This document shows positions 43,443-53,572 of a DNA stretch of 64,000 nucleotides, piece after piece. How positions within the stretch are numbered: the stretch's first letter is position 1; every line of letters starts with the position of its first letter. The DNA is taken from assembly GCA_964558375.1 (NCBI GenBank), contig CAZLCD010000001.1, positions 17,091 to 81,090 of the forward strand, written 5' to 3'. The DNA is from an uncultured Candidatus Saccharibacteria bacterium. Lineage in GTDB: Bacteria > Patescibacteriota > Minisyncoccia > Phycocordibacterales > PALSA-1337. The position numbers and the translations under genes were made by a program. The notes under the pieces are model-generated. The model saw only the letters and a list, made by a program, of their open reading frames with translations, searched no databases and was not told the origin of the DNA.

Positions 43443-45878
43443 CTATTTCATCTCTCCCCAATTTTTCCCAATAGCAAAATTGGCTACGGCTTTAATTCCT
43501 TTAATATCTTTCGGATCAATTACTGACTCCATAATCTCTTTTATCTTAGCAACAACTTTCTTTGAGAGATCTTCTCTGATTTCATAGACAAGTTCATCAT
43601 GAACCTGCAAGATAAGGTAAACGTCTTTCTCCATTTTTTCTGAGACAATATAATCATCAATTCTTTTCATAGCAATCTTTACAATATCCGCATTGGTTCC
43701 CTGAATAGGCGCATTGATAGCCATGCGCTCCGCCATAGCTTTAATAAAAGGTAGTTTGGAATTGATACCTTCAAAGTATCTTTTTCTACCAAAGAAAGTT
43801 TCGGTATAACCCTTTCTCTGCGCTTCAGCTTTAGTATTATTCAAATAATTTGCAAGTCCGGAAAACTTTTTGAAATATTCATTATAAAATTTCTGCGCCT
43901 CCGCTCGATCCGTCCCTTCACCGAGATTTTGGCGAAGAGCATTGACCCCCATACCATAAAGTATTCCGAAGTTTATAACCTTGGCCTTGCGACGCATTTC
44001 TTTATCGACCTTATCCAAAGGCACTTCAAAAACTTCCGAGGCTACCGCCGTATGCACATCCTCCCCTTTTGTAAAAATTTCAATGAGCCTTTCATCTCCA
44101 GAAAGAAAAGCGGCGATGCGAAGCTCGATCTGAGAATAGTCGAGAGATGCCAAAACGAAATCTTTTGGAGCAATAAAGGCCTTTCGTATAGCACGACCAA
44201 GCTCAGTTTTTATAGGGATGTTCTGAAGGTTGGGACCTTGAGAAGACATACGTCCAGTGGTTGATCCTGCTTGTAGGAAGTGTGCATGCAAACGACCGTC
44301 CTTATCCACAAGAACAGGGATAGTGTCTATGTAAGTTGAAAGAAGCTTTTGAAGTTCTCGGTATTCAAAAAGAAGTGGCACGATAGGGTGAGTATCACGA
44401 AGCTTTTCGAGTTCAGATTCACGAGTAGATCGAGCACCACCTGAAGTCTTTTTCAAACCCTTGGCAGTGAGAGCCATTTTATCAAAAAGAATTTCACCAA
44501 GCTGTTTTGGAGAGTTGATATTAAACTCTACTCCGGCATATTCCCAGATCTTTTTCTCAAGTTTAGAAAGTTCAGTATGATAAGTCTTTGAAAGATCTTT
44601 AAGAAAATCGACATCGACCTTCACACCTCTTGTATCCATCTTTTCAATAATTGGAATAATTGGCTTTTCGATATCTTCATAAACTTTTCGCAGACCCCTC
44701 TTATCCAGTTCAGAAAAAACTATTTCCTTAGCTTTAGTAAAATCAGTTTCTCTAGTAAATTCTTTAATGTCGTCTAAGCTAGGATCTGTAAGGTTAGAAT
44801 TAACTAGCCACAGAGCCACCGAAGTTTCGGTCAAATCATTTTTAGAAATATTCTCTTCTATTTCTACAATTTTATTTTTATCATTTCCCTTTTTTTCTTC
44901 ATCTTGCTGACTATCTTTATTTTCCAAACCCAGAGTGGATTTTAATCTAGCCCCCAAGGTACGAAATTCCAATTCATTGAACAACTTGGATACTTTTTCA
45001 ATATCAATGCCTGACATAAATTCTTTTTCTGGCAAATCAAAATCAATTGGTGCATCACGACGAATGGTTGCAAGCATTTTACTAAACTCTGCTTCTTCTC
45101 TACCCTCTTTAAGTAAAGTTAGTATGCGATCCGTAATGCCGACTTTTTTAAATTTAATTTCGCTTTTTTCTTTATTAAGTTCTTTATAGATATTTTCAAT
45201 AGTGCCAAATTCTTTTATAAGAATAGTCGCAGTCTTTTCGCCAATACCAGCAATACCGATAATATTATCAGAAGGATCTCCTCTTAGACCTTTGTAATCC
45301 GGCAGAAGCTTCGGACCAAAACCGAATCTTTCATTAACCGCATCCTCATCATAGATAATTGTATCTTTAATCCCCTTTTTTAAAGTGTAGACTTGAACCT
45401 TTTTGTCATTGATAAGTTGCAAAGTATCCATATCACCAGAAGCGATAACAATATCAATTTCTTTATTATTTTTTAATTTTTCAACTATAGTGCCGAGCAT
45501 ATCGTCAGCTTCGAAACCTGCCTTATCATATATAGGAATATCGAAAGCTTTGAAGACATCTCTCGAACGTTTGATCTGGGTTATGAGATCGCCATCGGTT
45601 TTGGCACGACCAGCCTTGTAATCTTTATAGGCATCATTGCGAAAGGTCGGTCCAGGAAGATCGTAGCAAGCTACCACATAGTCCGGCTTAAGTTCGCCGA
45701 CAATTTTAATAAGCATAGTTGTAAGGCCATATAGAGCCCCTGTAGGCTCGCCTTTTGCCGAAGCAAAGTCAGGCAAAGCATGGTATGCCCTGTGTAGTAT
45801 CGCATGTGAATCAAGAAGTATAAGTCGTTTGGCCATATGGCTATTGTACCTCAAATTTGAATTCTCTAGAATTTTCAT
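43443..45878 (-). CDS. polA: DNA polymerase I
   Basis: 5'-3' exonuclease N-terminal domain (LILLDSHAILHRAYHAL...) and family A polymerase motifs (RRKAKVINFGILYGMG; QVHDELVYE). Confidence 0.9.
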   Translation of the reverse strand: MKILENSNLRYNSHMAKRLILLDSHAILHRAYHALPDFASAKGEPTGALYGLTTMLIKIVGELKPDYVVACYDLPGPTFRNDAYKDYKAGRAKTDGDLITQIKRSRDVFKAFDIPIYDKAGFEADDMLGTIVEKLKNNKEIDIVIASGDMDTLQLINDKKVQVYTLKKGIKDTIIYDEDAVNERFGFGPKLLPDYKGLRGDPSDNIIGIAGIGEKTATILIKEFGTIENIYKELNKEKSEIKFKKVGITDRILTLLKEGREEAEFSKMLATIRRDAPIDFDLPEKEFMSGIDIEKVSKLFNELEFRTLGARLKSTLGLENKDSQQDEEKKGNDKNKIVEIEENISKNDLTETSVALWLVNSNLTDPSLDDIKEFTRETDFTKAKEIVFSELDKRGLRKVYEDIEKPIIPIIEKMDTRGVKVDVDFLKDLSKTYHTELSKLEKKIWEYAGVEFNINSPKQLGEILFDKMALTAKGLKKTSGGARSTRESELEKLRDTHPIVPLLFEYRELQKLLSTYIDTIPVLVDKDGRLHAHFLQAGSTTGRMSSQGPNLQNIPIKTELGRAIRKAFIAPKDFVLASLDYSQIELRIAAFLSGDERLIEIFTKGEDVHTAVASEVFEVPLDKVDKEMRRKAKVINFGILYGMGVNALRQNLGEGTDRAEAQKFYNEYFKKFSGLANYLNNTKAEAQRKGYTETFFGRKRYFEGINSKLPFIKAMAERMAINAPIQGTNADIVKIAMKRIDDYIVSEKMEKDVYLILQVHDELVYEIREDLSKKVVAKIKEIMESVIDPKDIKGIKAVANFAIGKNWGEMK

Positions 45879-46284
45879 CTATAAAAGTGCAGTAGATTTT
45901 AACATGGTCTTCCGGTAAGATTTCTTTAACATTTTCTGGCCATTCTATAACTATTAAATTGTTTGGATTATCAACTATCTCTTCAAAGTTTAAGTCTTGC
46001 AATTCACTTGCCTTTTCTATCCTATAAGCGTCGATATGTATAAGTCTTTTAAAGTGATTGTGTTTTGTCTCATAAAGTTTTTCTATAACAAAAGTGGGGC
46101 TAGTGATATTTTCTATAATTCCTAATTCTCTAGCGACTGCTTGAGTAAAGGTTGTTTTGCCAGAGCCGAGATTTCCATAAAGTCCTACTATCGTAGCTTC
46201 ATTGCTTTTGAAAGGTAAAGAAGCAAGCCAGTCTTTGGCAAGGCTTTGTGTTTCTTCTAAGGATTTAGTGATGATGGGTTTCAT
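45841..46284 (-). CDS. tsaE: tRNA threonylcarbamoyladenosine biosynthesis protein TsaE
   Basis: P-loop GNLGSGKTTFTQAVAREL typical of YjeE/TsaE. Overlaps the polA 5' end. Confidence 0.8.
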   Translation of the reverse strand: MKPIITKSLEETQSLAKDWLASLPFKSNEATIVGLYGNLGSGKTTFTQAVARELGIIENITSPTFVIEKLYETKHNHFKRLIHIDAYRIEKASELQDLNFEEIVDNPNNLIVIEWPENVKEILPEDHVKIYCTFIDENSREFKFEVQ

Positions 46285-46359
46285 TTAAATTTGGTGGGGG
46301 TTTAGATAATATAGCATAAAAAAACCTCCGCTCTGAGGGGCGGAGGAGTTTGGGAACGT

Positions 46360-46899
46360 TTACTGCGATAAACTTCTTGGAACATAAGGACGTGGCAACT
46401 GAGGCCAGTGTCCCGCGGGTTTCGGTTGAGGTCTTTTCTTAAGGTAGTCTTTGAACCCCTCAGGACCAAGGTCTTCTTCTAGCTTTTTGAAAGCGGCTTC
46501 TTGCGCAATGGCACGAGAAGCAGCTTCATTGTGAGATTTTGATGATTTCGCCAGAAATCTGGCTGATTCTTCATCAAAGGCTTTTGGATCACCTGACTTG
46601 GCAACAAGAATACGGTCCTGACCTCTGATGTTTGGGTACTTAATCGAAGCCCCAAAGTCATTCAGCTGTTTTGTTCTTTGTTCAAAAACAGTGATGGCTG
46701 TCTTTTTTGGATCCTCAACAACTGGAGCTATTGCTAGCTCTAGGTTTTCTGAGGGTGTGTCTGTGAACACAGCTCCACTAGTCTCCACCACACTGACTTC
46801 TTCAAACAAGACTTCCTTGGAGACCTTTTTTGAAGTAATTAGGGTTGTAGAGATGACAACAAGAAACAGTACGGTGATAGCGACTGTAAGTCTTTTCAT
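46360..46899 (-). CDS. Hypothetical secreted protein
   Basis: Signal peptide (MKRLTVAITVLFLVVISTTL). Confidence 0.4.
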   Translation of the reverse strand: MKRLTVAITVLFLVVISTTLITSKKVSKEVLFEEVSVVETSGAVFTDTPSENLELAIAPVVEDPKKTAITVFEQRTKQLNDFGASIKYPNIRGQDRILVAKSGDPKAFDEESARFLAKSSKSHNEAASRAIAQEAAFKKLEEDLGPEGFKDYLKKRPQPKPAGHWPQLPRPYVPRSLSQ

Positions 46900-47684
46900 A
46901 ATTTTGTAAGTTTGGGCGGTTTAGGAATGACTGGGGTGAGGTAGTTTGGAGGAAAAGATATGATTTCTTCTTCGTTGAAAACAAATGCACTTACCGCAGG
47001 CTGATTGCTCAGCCTAGCATTATTGGCTTCGGACAGACCAAGTAAGTAAAATATTTTTTCACGAGGTTGAAAAAGTCTTCTTGCCCTCATCGTTTGCTGT
47101 TGCGTACGACAAGGGATGTCGAGTATTTGTGGTCCATTCGCAAGGTTGCGAGCAAAGAACAGGACGGGGCTCCCTACTTCGATGGTTTGCAAGTATCCGT
47201 CCGTTGTTGATGTGGTGCCAATCTTGGTCGGATACCAAGTAATTGGGAACATTCTGGAAGCTGGAAATGAATTTGTGCTTCCATGAACTCCCCCAGTGAC
47301 TCCAACAACGTGAACTTCATCGTAGCCTATTGGCTCGTATGATTCTGGACCAACTTGTCGATAATACTCGATAACCATATCGGCGAAGTTGAATGGGAGA
47401 TGATGATATACTGTGCGAGTAATGATCAGCACCTCTGCATCCAACTGATATTGAATACGACTAACATCTTTCCAGGATTTGAATCCCGGAACAACAGATA
47501 CGTTTTGACGTACAGTCAGAGAATATGAACAGTTGGTTGGACTTAGTCCAACCATTTGTGCATTGCCGCACAACGTTGACATAACCAAAACCAACCACAC
47601 CAACACCGATGACAGAAGATTTCTTGTCTTCATAAGTTTTTGGGACTTGTTTGTTGAGGTTTCAATGAGCATCCAAGTGTACAA
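46896..47684 (-). CDS. Hypothetical secreted protein (higher-GC island)
   Basis: Signal-like N-terminus. GC about 44%. Confidence 0.4.
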   Translation of the reverse strand: MYTWMLIETSTNKSQKLMKTRNLLSSVLVWLVLVMSTLCGNAQMVGLSPTNCSYSLTVRQNVSVVPGFKSWKDVSRIQYQLDAEVLIITRTVYHHLPFNFADMVIEYYRQVGPESYEPIGYDEVHVVGVTGGVHGSTNSFPASRMFPITWYPTKIGTTSTTDGYLQTIEVGSPVLFFARNLANGPQILDIPCRTQQQTMRARRLFQPREKIFYLLGLSEANNARLSNQPAVSAFVFNEEEIISFPPNYLTPVIPKPPKLTKL

Positions 47685-47885
47685 TCGTAACCGGATGAGA
47701 GCATGGGGCGTGGTGACACGTCACATATATCCACCTAAACCTTACTGCTTAATAGAATTTTGTCAACTATTGACATTTTCTACTTTAAGCGTACTATTTT
47801 GCCCAGCAAGGAATTGATTTTAGAGCGTCTGAAACCGTTAGGTTTCCTCGAAAAATCAAGCTCTTTGAAAGCGAAAGGCATTAAA

Positions 47886-49232
47886 GTGAAAACATTAAGT
47901 CTTAGTTTCATTGCGTTATGGATGGTTCTGTCCACGATGGTAAGTCAGGCTCAAGTGAACCTGACAATCTCAAAAACCGATAATTCTGTCGAAGTAAGGT
48001 GGCCAACAATTATTGGCGGAACCTATAACCTCTGGTCGTCATCAAACATGACATCATGGTCATCACAAACAATCACAGCGACTGGTTCAGCAATATCAGT
48101 TCGTAGCGAAGTTGCAAATCGTTTGCAGATGTACAGAAGAGTCTCACGTTTAGCCTCGCCAAACGGAGGGTTCCTAAATCTTAAGAATGGACAGGTTCTC
48201 TCAAACACGGTGGCCTTACAAATCTCCGGATTCACCACCGATTCGTCTCAGGTCGGTTACATTGCCCTGCTTGATATCGTTGGATCAATAACCAATCAGA
48301 TTGGAAGGATTGATCTTGGTAATATTACAAATCGACAGTTTGTGGTCGACACCAGATACTTAGCTATTGGAGCTCATAAATTTGGGCTCCAGCTAATCAG
48401 CCTTACTGGTTCAGAAACCGGAGATGGATCATCTATCACCTACAGCGATCCAATCGATGTTGTAGTGAGCAATCCGATTTCTTTAACACAGAACGAAATC
48501 ACGCATATTCCTTATGGGAAAAACTATGTCATATGTGAGGATGCTGGATATTTCGAAAATTCAATTCGTACAAACATTGAGAATGTTCTAATCGAGGGTT
48601 TAGTAGGTTTTCAACAACTTGGACCACATAGAGACCTGCGTACAGGAATCTGGAATGATAATCCTTGGAGTTGGAATATTATGAAAACACCGGATGATTG
48701 GACTAATCTCAACTTATTCCAAATGGGTGGACACTACGGTATCAGCCCAACGCATGCAATCTTCTTTGGTCGTGGTGACCAAAGTGGATATTATGGGGAT
48801 AGAAATGATCCTATATCCCAATTCAGCACAAAAACCCTTCAGGGTTTAAGTCTGTCAAATAGATTGACGTTTGGTCTATTCATTGGTCATGAACCACGGG
48901 CTCTCATTCATCTCTTGGGAGAGACACGTAAAAGAACCTTGCAGGAGTTGAGGAATCAAGGATTGTTCCCTCGATATTTTGCTTATCTCCGAGGCCCTCA
49001 CGATCAGGATCGTGAAAATGGAGACATCTCAGAAGATGAGGAGATCTTCTGGACACGATTCATAAATAGAATCGGCCGACTCAACGCTCTAGGGTTTTCT
49101 GAATATACTTATGCTCAGGCAAGGGTGTACGCCAGTTTCAGGGATGATGGAACCCACAATCCAGTATCCGATAGGTTTGACTGGATGGGTTGCGAGGACC
49201 TTCGCCTCGATGAAATTGTTTTGGAGCGTTAA
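47886..49232 (+). CDS. Hypothetical secreted protein (higher-GC island); GTG start
   Basis: A GTG at 47886 gives a classical signal peptide VKTLSLSFIALWMVLSTMVSQA|QV. The six-frame ORF begins further upstream at 47760. Confidence 0.45.
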   Translation: MKTLSLSFIALWMVLSTMVSQAQVNLTISKTDNSVEVRWPTIIGGTYNLWSSSNMTSWSSQTITATGSAISVRSEVANRLQMYRRVSRLASPNGGFLNLKNGQVLSNTVALQISGFTTDSSQVGYIALLDIVGSITNQIGRIDLGNITNRQFVVDTRYLAIGAHKFGLQLISLTGSETGDGSSITYSDPIDVVVSNPISLTQNEITHIPYGKNYVICEDAGYFENSIRTNIENVLIEGLVGFQQLGPHRDLRTGIWNDNPWSWNIMKTPDDWTNLNLFQMGGHYGISPTHAIFFGRGDQSGYYGDRNDPISQFSTKTLQGLSLSNRLTFGLFIGHEPRALIHLLGETRKRTLQELRNQGLFPRYFAYLRGPHDQDRENGDISEDEEIFWTRFINRIGRLNALGFSEYTYAQARVYASFRDDGTHNPVSDRFDWMGCEDLRLDEIVLER

Positions 49233-49331
49233 GCAGTTAGACATACTTCCCCGGCAGCGATGCTGGGGAATGTTTTTTATACAAACAAAAACCCGGTCGT
49301 CTGCAACAAGTGCAAACGCCGGGGGTGAAAA

Positions 49332-49700
49332 CTAACGGTAGTGCTGGTAGTACCTCCTCCTTTCTGGATCATAGGACTCATGCGTCCTATTCCAGGTTCT
49401 CCTCTCCATATCAATCCTGGGTCCGTAGTACGGATCCCAAGATTTATCGACTCGGGTATCCGTTCCTTGATCGTGATCGTATCTGTACGATCCGTCCCAT
49501 GATTGAACATGAACAGATCTCCTCCGTGGACCTTGAGGGAAAATTTCATCCACCTCAGTCTGTCCCATTGGGGCAAGGTTCCATTCTTGACCCCTCACTG
49601 GTCGTGAGTACGTAGTACCATTGTGGTTGTTCCAGCTTATGCAGCCGGAAGTCATAACCGCCACCAACATGCCAAAGAACAAAACAAACTTATTTTTCAT
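49332..49700 (-). CDS. Small lipoprotein rich in R/Y/W/D (higher GC)
   Basis: Signal peptide with lipobox-like TSGC. Highly charged aromatic C-terminus. Confidence 0.4.
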   Translation of the reverse strand: MKNKFVLFFGMLVAVMTSGCISWNNHNGTTYSRPVRGQEWNLAPMGQTEVDEIFPQGPRRRSVHVQSWDGSYRYDHDQGTDTRVDKSWDPYYGPRIDMERRTWNRTHESYDPERRRYYQHYR

Positions 49701-49822
49701 AACTACGCTTACCTTTCTGGTTAAAATTTCCTAACGTTTACTGACACCCTAACAGTATATCACAAAACAAGGTAAAGTCAATACCCTCCAAATTTAGCTT
49801 ATGAGATATAATAAAACCCATA

Positions 49823-51493
49823 ATGATCCAATTTGACGAAGACAAGCAAAACAGAAAAATCGACGAACTTCTAAAGCGCGAAGAGGAGGAACTCGTCCAA
49901 CTCCTTTCTGCAAAATACAGCATCGAATACGTAGACCTTTCCATCACCCTCATCAACACCGACGCCATGCGACTTATCGAGGAAAAGAAAGCCAGAGAAG
50001 CAAAGATGGTTGCCTTTTCACTTGTAGACAAAAAGCTCAAGATCGCCGTACGACTACCAGATGATGTGAAGACTCAAGAGATAATCAACGAATTGAAAGC
50101 TAAGGGATATATAGTCACCATAGCCATCACCTCAATGGCAAGTCTGGAGCGTGCATGGAAATCTTACAAAGACCTTTCTTTTGCTTATGAGACCAAGTCT
50201 GGTTCACTTGATGTAAATAGTGACGAAATATCTGCAGTCATAGATCAAGCCCAAGGATTACCGACAATCATTTCTATACTTGAAGAAATTTTATCAATGA
50301 AAAAAAGCTATCGAGTATCAAGAATACTAGAAACAATAATCGCTGGTGCCCTAGCGACAGGAGCATCCGATGTACACATTGAGCCAGAGGAAGAATACAT
50401 TGGTCTGCGATACAGACTCGATGGAGTGCTGGTGCATGTAATTAATTTTGACAAAGACACCTATGCCCTACTGCTGTCTCGTATCAAACTTCTTTCTGGA
50501 CTAAAATTAAATATAAAAAAAGATTCTCAAGATGGAAGATTTAGCGTACACATCAAAGATTCAGATATAGAAATCCGTACATCCATACTACCCGGTGCAT
50601 ACAATGAATCCATCGTAATGCGTATATTGAACCCCAAGTCCATCGGCGTGCCACTCGAGGAGCTTGGCATACCACCGAAACTTTTAACAATGATTCTAAA
50701 AGAAATAGAAAAGCCAAATGGTATGTTGTTAACTACAGGACCTACAGGTTCAGGAAAAACCACAACTCTTTATGCTTTTTTAAAGAAAGTTCATAACCCT
50801 ACAGTCAAGATCATCACAATCGAAGATCCTATCGAATACCATCTGCCAGGAATAGTCCAGACACAGACCAATGACAAAGGCTATACATTCTTAGATGGAC
50901 TACGATCTGCACTAAGACAAGATCCAGACATTATCATGGTTGGTGAGATCCGAGACGGGGAGACAGCAGCTATCGCCATCAACTCCGCGCTTACAGGTCA
51001 CCTTGTTTTCTCTACCCTTCATACAAACAGCGCCGCAGGAGCCTTCCCTCGCCTCATCGACCTAGGAATCAATTCGAAGATTATGAGCTCTGCTATAAAT
51101 ATAGTGCTAGCCCAACGTCTTGTTCGTAAACTTTGTGAACATTGCAAAAAACCCGTCGCTATAGAAGGAAATATTAAGACGCAGATAGACAATGTTATTT
51201 CTACGATTTTTGATAAAAGTGAAATACCAGCAATGCCTGCAAATATCTTTACAACAGGTGCCTGTGAAAAGTGCAATCAGACAGGATACAAAGGCAGAAT
51301 CGGTATCTATGAAGGTATGAGGATAACCCCAGAGGTCAATAGTATTATAGAAATGAATCCAAGTGAAGAAGAACTAGAGAAAGCTTCCGCTCCACAATCA
51401 ATACTTACCTTAAAACAAGATGGCGTGATAAAAATCTTGCAAGGAATCACATCTTTTGAAGAACTTGAGAGAGTAATCACTATTGAGAATTAA
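49823..51493 (+). CDS. pilB: Type IV pilus assembly ATPase PilB (GspE family)
   Basis: Walker A GPTGSGKTTTLYAFL, Asp/His boxes, C-terminal tetracysteine (CEHC...CEKC). Confidence 0.85.
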   Translation: MIQFDEDKQNRKIDELLKREEEELVQLLSAKYSIEYVDLSITLINTDAMRLIEEKKAREAKMVAFSLVDKKLKIAVRLPDDVKTQEIINELKAKGYIVTIAITSMASLERAWKSYKDLSFAYETKSGSLDVNSDEISAVIDQAQGLPTIISILEEILSMKKSYRVSRILETIIAGALATGASDVHIEPEEEYIGLRYRLDGVLVHVINFDKDTYALLLSRIKLLSGLKLNIKKDSQDGRFSVHIKDSDIEIRTSILPGAYNESIVMRILNPKSIGVPLEELGIPPKLLTMILKEIEKPNGMLLTTGPTGSGKTTTLYAFLKKVHNPTVKIITIEDPIEYHLPGIVQTQTNDKGYTFLDGLRSALRQDPDIIMVGEIRDGETAAIAINSALTGHLVFSTLHTNSAAGAFPRLIDLGINSKIMSSAINIVLAQRLVRKLCEHCKKPVAIEGNIKTQIDNVISTIFDKSEIPAMPANIFTTGACEKCNQTGYKGRIGIYEGMRITPEVNSIIEMNPSEEELEKASAPQSILTLKQDGVIKILQGITSFEELERVITIEN

Positions 51494-51563
51494 CAAGATA
51501 GCCTTGTCAATTGAATTTTGAAAAAATGAGGAGTAAGATTGATGGTAGACAATCAGGTGCGTG

Positions 51564-51713
51564 AATCTCTAAACAATACTTTCAATGCGATCACCAAAAG
51601 TTAAACGTAGCCTCAAGGATAGTCCCAGTAGGTATGCACAAGTGCATACAACCAGAGCGTCCTCAAAACTACATCAGATGACTTGAACAAACAAGCCATA
51701 TTGTTTAGAGATT
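51564..51713 (+). ncRNA. Candidate structured RNA (6S-like symmetric hairpin) upstream of ruvB
   Basis: 15-bp closing inverted repeat (aatctctaaacaata 51564-51578 / tattgtttagagatt 51699-51713), non-complementary interior, and a perfect 8-bp palindrome gtatgcac-aa-gtgcatac exactly at the centre (51632-51649). Strand assignment is arbitrary. Confidence 0.3.
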
Positions 51714-51792
51714 TATGAACCCGATTAAGATGTTACAATGTAAATATACGGTTAATATTGATTCATATAAAGACTAGCATAAGATATTAAAT

Positions 51793-52785
51793 ATGTCAAG
51801 TGATAATAAAGATACGGCTATAGAAACAAGTCATCTGGACCAGACCTTGCGACCATCGCGCTGGGCTGATTATATTGGTCAAAAGTCCATAAAAGACAAT
51901 CTTCATATACTACTTACAGCAGCACAGGAGAGAAAACATCCACCTGAGCATATACTTTTTTATGGTCCACCAGGACTCGGCAAAACAACCCTTGCACATC
52001 TTATTGCAAAAGAGAGCGGAACGCAAATGAAAGTGACATCAGGACCAGCAATACTTAAGGTTGGTGACCTTGCCTCTATCCTTACCAACCTCTCTCATGG
52101 AGACATACTTTTTATAGACGAAATACACCGCTTGAACAAAGCCATAGAAGAAGTTCTCTATCCAGCTATGGAAAGTGGGGTGCTAGATATCATTATCGGC
52201 AAAGGTCCTTCAGCAAGAACCATACAATTAGAGATCCCTTCTTTTACCCTTATCGCTGCTACCACACGTATAGCCATGATCTCTTCCCCACTGCGGTCAC
52301 GTTTCTCTGGGGGTGTCTTCAAACTTGAATTTTATACAGAAAAAGAGATTGGTGAAATTATAAAACGCTCTTCAAAGATACTGGGCATAGATATACACGA
52401 CAAAGCTATCGAGGCCATATCTTCTCGCAGTCGCTTTACCCCAAGAACAGCAAACTACTTTTTAAAGAGATGTCGCGACTATGCCCAAATAGAAAAAACT
52501 CTCCTATCTCAAGATATAGTAGAGAAAGCCTTAAAGATGTTAGGTATTGACCATCTTGGTCTCAACAATGCAGATAGAGATATTTTGAAAGTAATGATAG
52601 AAAAATTTGGCGGAGGTCCCGTAGGTCTCAATACCATAGCTGCTGCCCTTTCGGAAGAGCAAGCTACTATCGAAGAGGTTTATGAACCCTACCTCATACA
52701 GCTCGGCTTACTTGAAAGAACACCTAGAGGAAGAATGGTGACAGAGAAAGCTTACGGGCATTTAAATATAAAAAACCGCCCTTAG
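51793..52785 (+). CDS. ruvB: Holliday junction branch migration ATPase RuvB
   Basis: AAA+ Walker A GPPGLGKTTLAHLIA, RuvB-specific regions. Confidence 0.9.
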   Translation: MSSDNKDTAIETSHLDQTLRPSRWADYIGQKSIKDNLHILLTAAQERKHPPEHILFYGPPGLGKTTLAHLIAKESGTQMKVTSGPAILKVGDLASILTNLSHGDILFIDEIHRLNKAIEEVLYPAMESGVLDIIIGKGPSARTIQLEIPSFTLIAATTRIAMISSPLRSRFSGGVFKLEFYTEKEIGEIIKRSSKILGIDIHDKAIEAISSRSRFTPRTANYFLKRCRDYAQIEKTLLSQDIVEKALKMLGIDHLGLNNADRDILKVMIEKFGGGPVGLNTIAAALSEEQATIEEVYEPYLIQLGLLERTPRGRMVTEKAYGHLNIKNRP

Positions 52786-52796
52786 GGCGGTTTTTG
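52771..52796. terminator. Bidirectional rho-independent terminator
   Basis: aaaaaccgccc-ttag-ggcggttttt: perfect hairpin flanked by an A-run and a T-run, overlapping the ruvB stop. Confidence 0.6.
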
Positions 52797-52797
52797 T

Positions 52798-52995
52798 TTA
52801 CTCTTCCCACTTATCCTTAAAAGGATCGACTTCTTCATCGTCTAGAGCAGAAATTTCATCTTCATCCTCTTCTTCAAGCGGTTCACCAACGATCAAGTCT
52901 GGATCAAGCACCTTCTCTTCATCATCCAAGATAACTTCTTTCATTTCAGAAACAGTATCCTCTTTCTTTACATCTTCTTTTTTAATCTTTGGCAT
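52798..52995 (-). CDS. Small highly acidic hypothetical protein
   Basis: 65 aa, more than 40% D/E. Confidence 0.3.
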   Translation of the reverse strand: MPKIKKEDVKKEDTVSEMKEVILDDEEKVLDPDLIVGEPLEEEDEDEISALDDEEVDPFKDKWEE

Positions 52996-53070
52996 TTTTT
53001 TAATTTAAATTTACTTTTATCTTTTAGATTTCATATTTGTAACAAAACTACAAATATTTTGCAACCATAT

Positions 53071-53559
53071 TTAGTTGTGGATAACGTTTTTTTGAGTTTT
53101 TGTATGAGCTTCACAGGTTATCGCTACAGCTATTGCGTCGTATTCATCATCTAACATCTTTCTTTTATCAAATTTAATTTTAAGTAAGAGAGGAATCATT
53201 TTTATAATCTGACTTTTATCACTACCTCCATGACCAGTAACAGCTACCTTTATCTGAGGTGGGCTGTATTCATGTATTGGGATATCTCTAAGGCTCGCTT
53301 CGTAAGCTATGACACCTCGCGCTTCGGCTACCTTCATGGCTGTTTTTTGATTCTTAGTTATGAAGAGCGATTCTATGGACATAACTTCCGGAGAAAATTC
53401 TTCTATGACCGCCCTTACTCTTTGCCCAACCTCTTTTAATCTTTTGTGAAAATCATCTTTAGGAGAAGTCGAAAAACATTCGGAGTGAATCAAGATCCCA
53501 TCATGGATTATTGCAATCCCTACCCTATCGTATCCGGGATCTATACCGATTATTCTCAT
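53071..53559 (-). CDS. ruvC: Crossover junction endodeoxyribonuclease RuvC
   Basis: MRIIGIDPGYDRVGIAI N-terminus with catalytic Asp, RNase H fold. Confidence 0.85.
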   Translation of the reverse strand: MRIIGIDPGYDRVGIAIIHDGILIHSECFSTSPKDDFHKRLKEVGQRVRAVIEEFSPEVMSIESLFITKNQKTAMKVAEARGVIAYEASLRDIPIHEYSPPQIKVAVTGHGGSDKSQIIKMIPLLLKIKFDKRKMLDDEYDAIAVAITCEAHTKTQKNVIHN

Positions 53560-53572
53560 AGATAATTAATAG

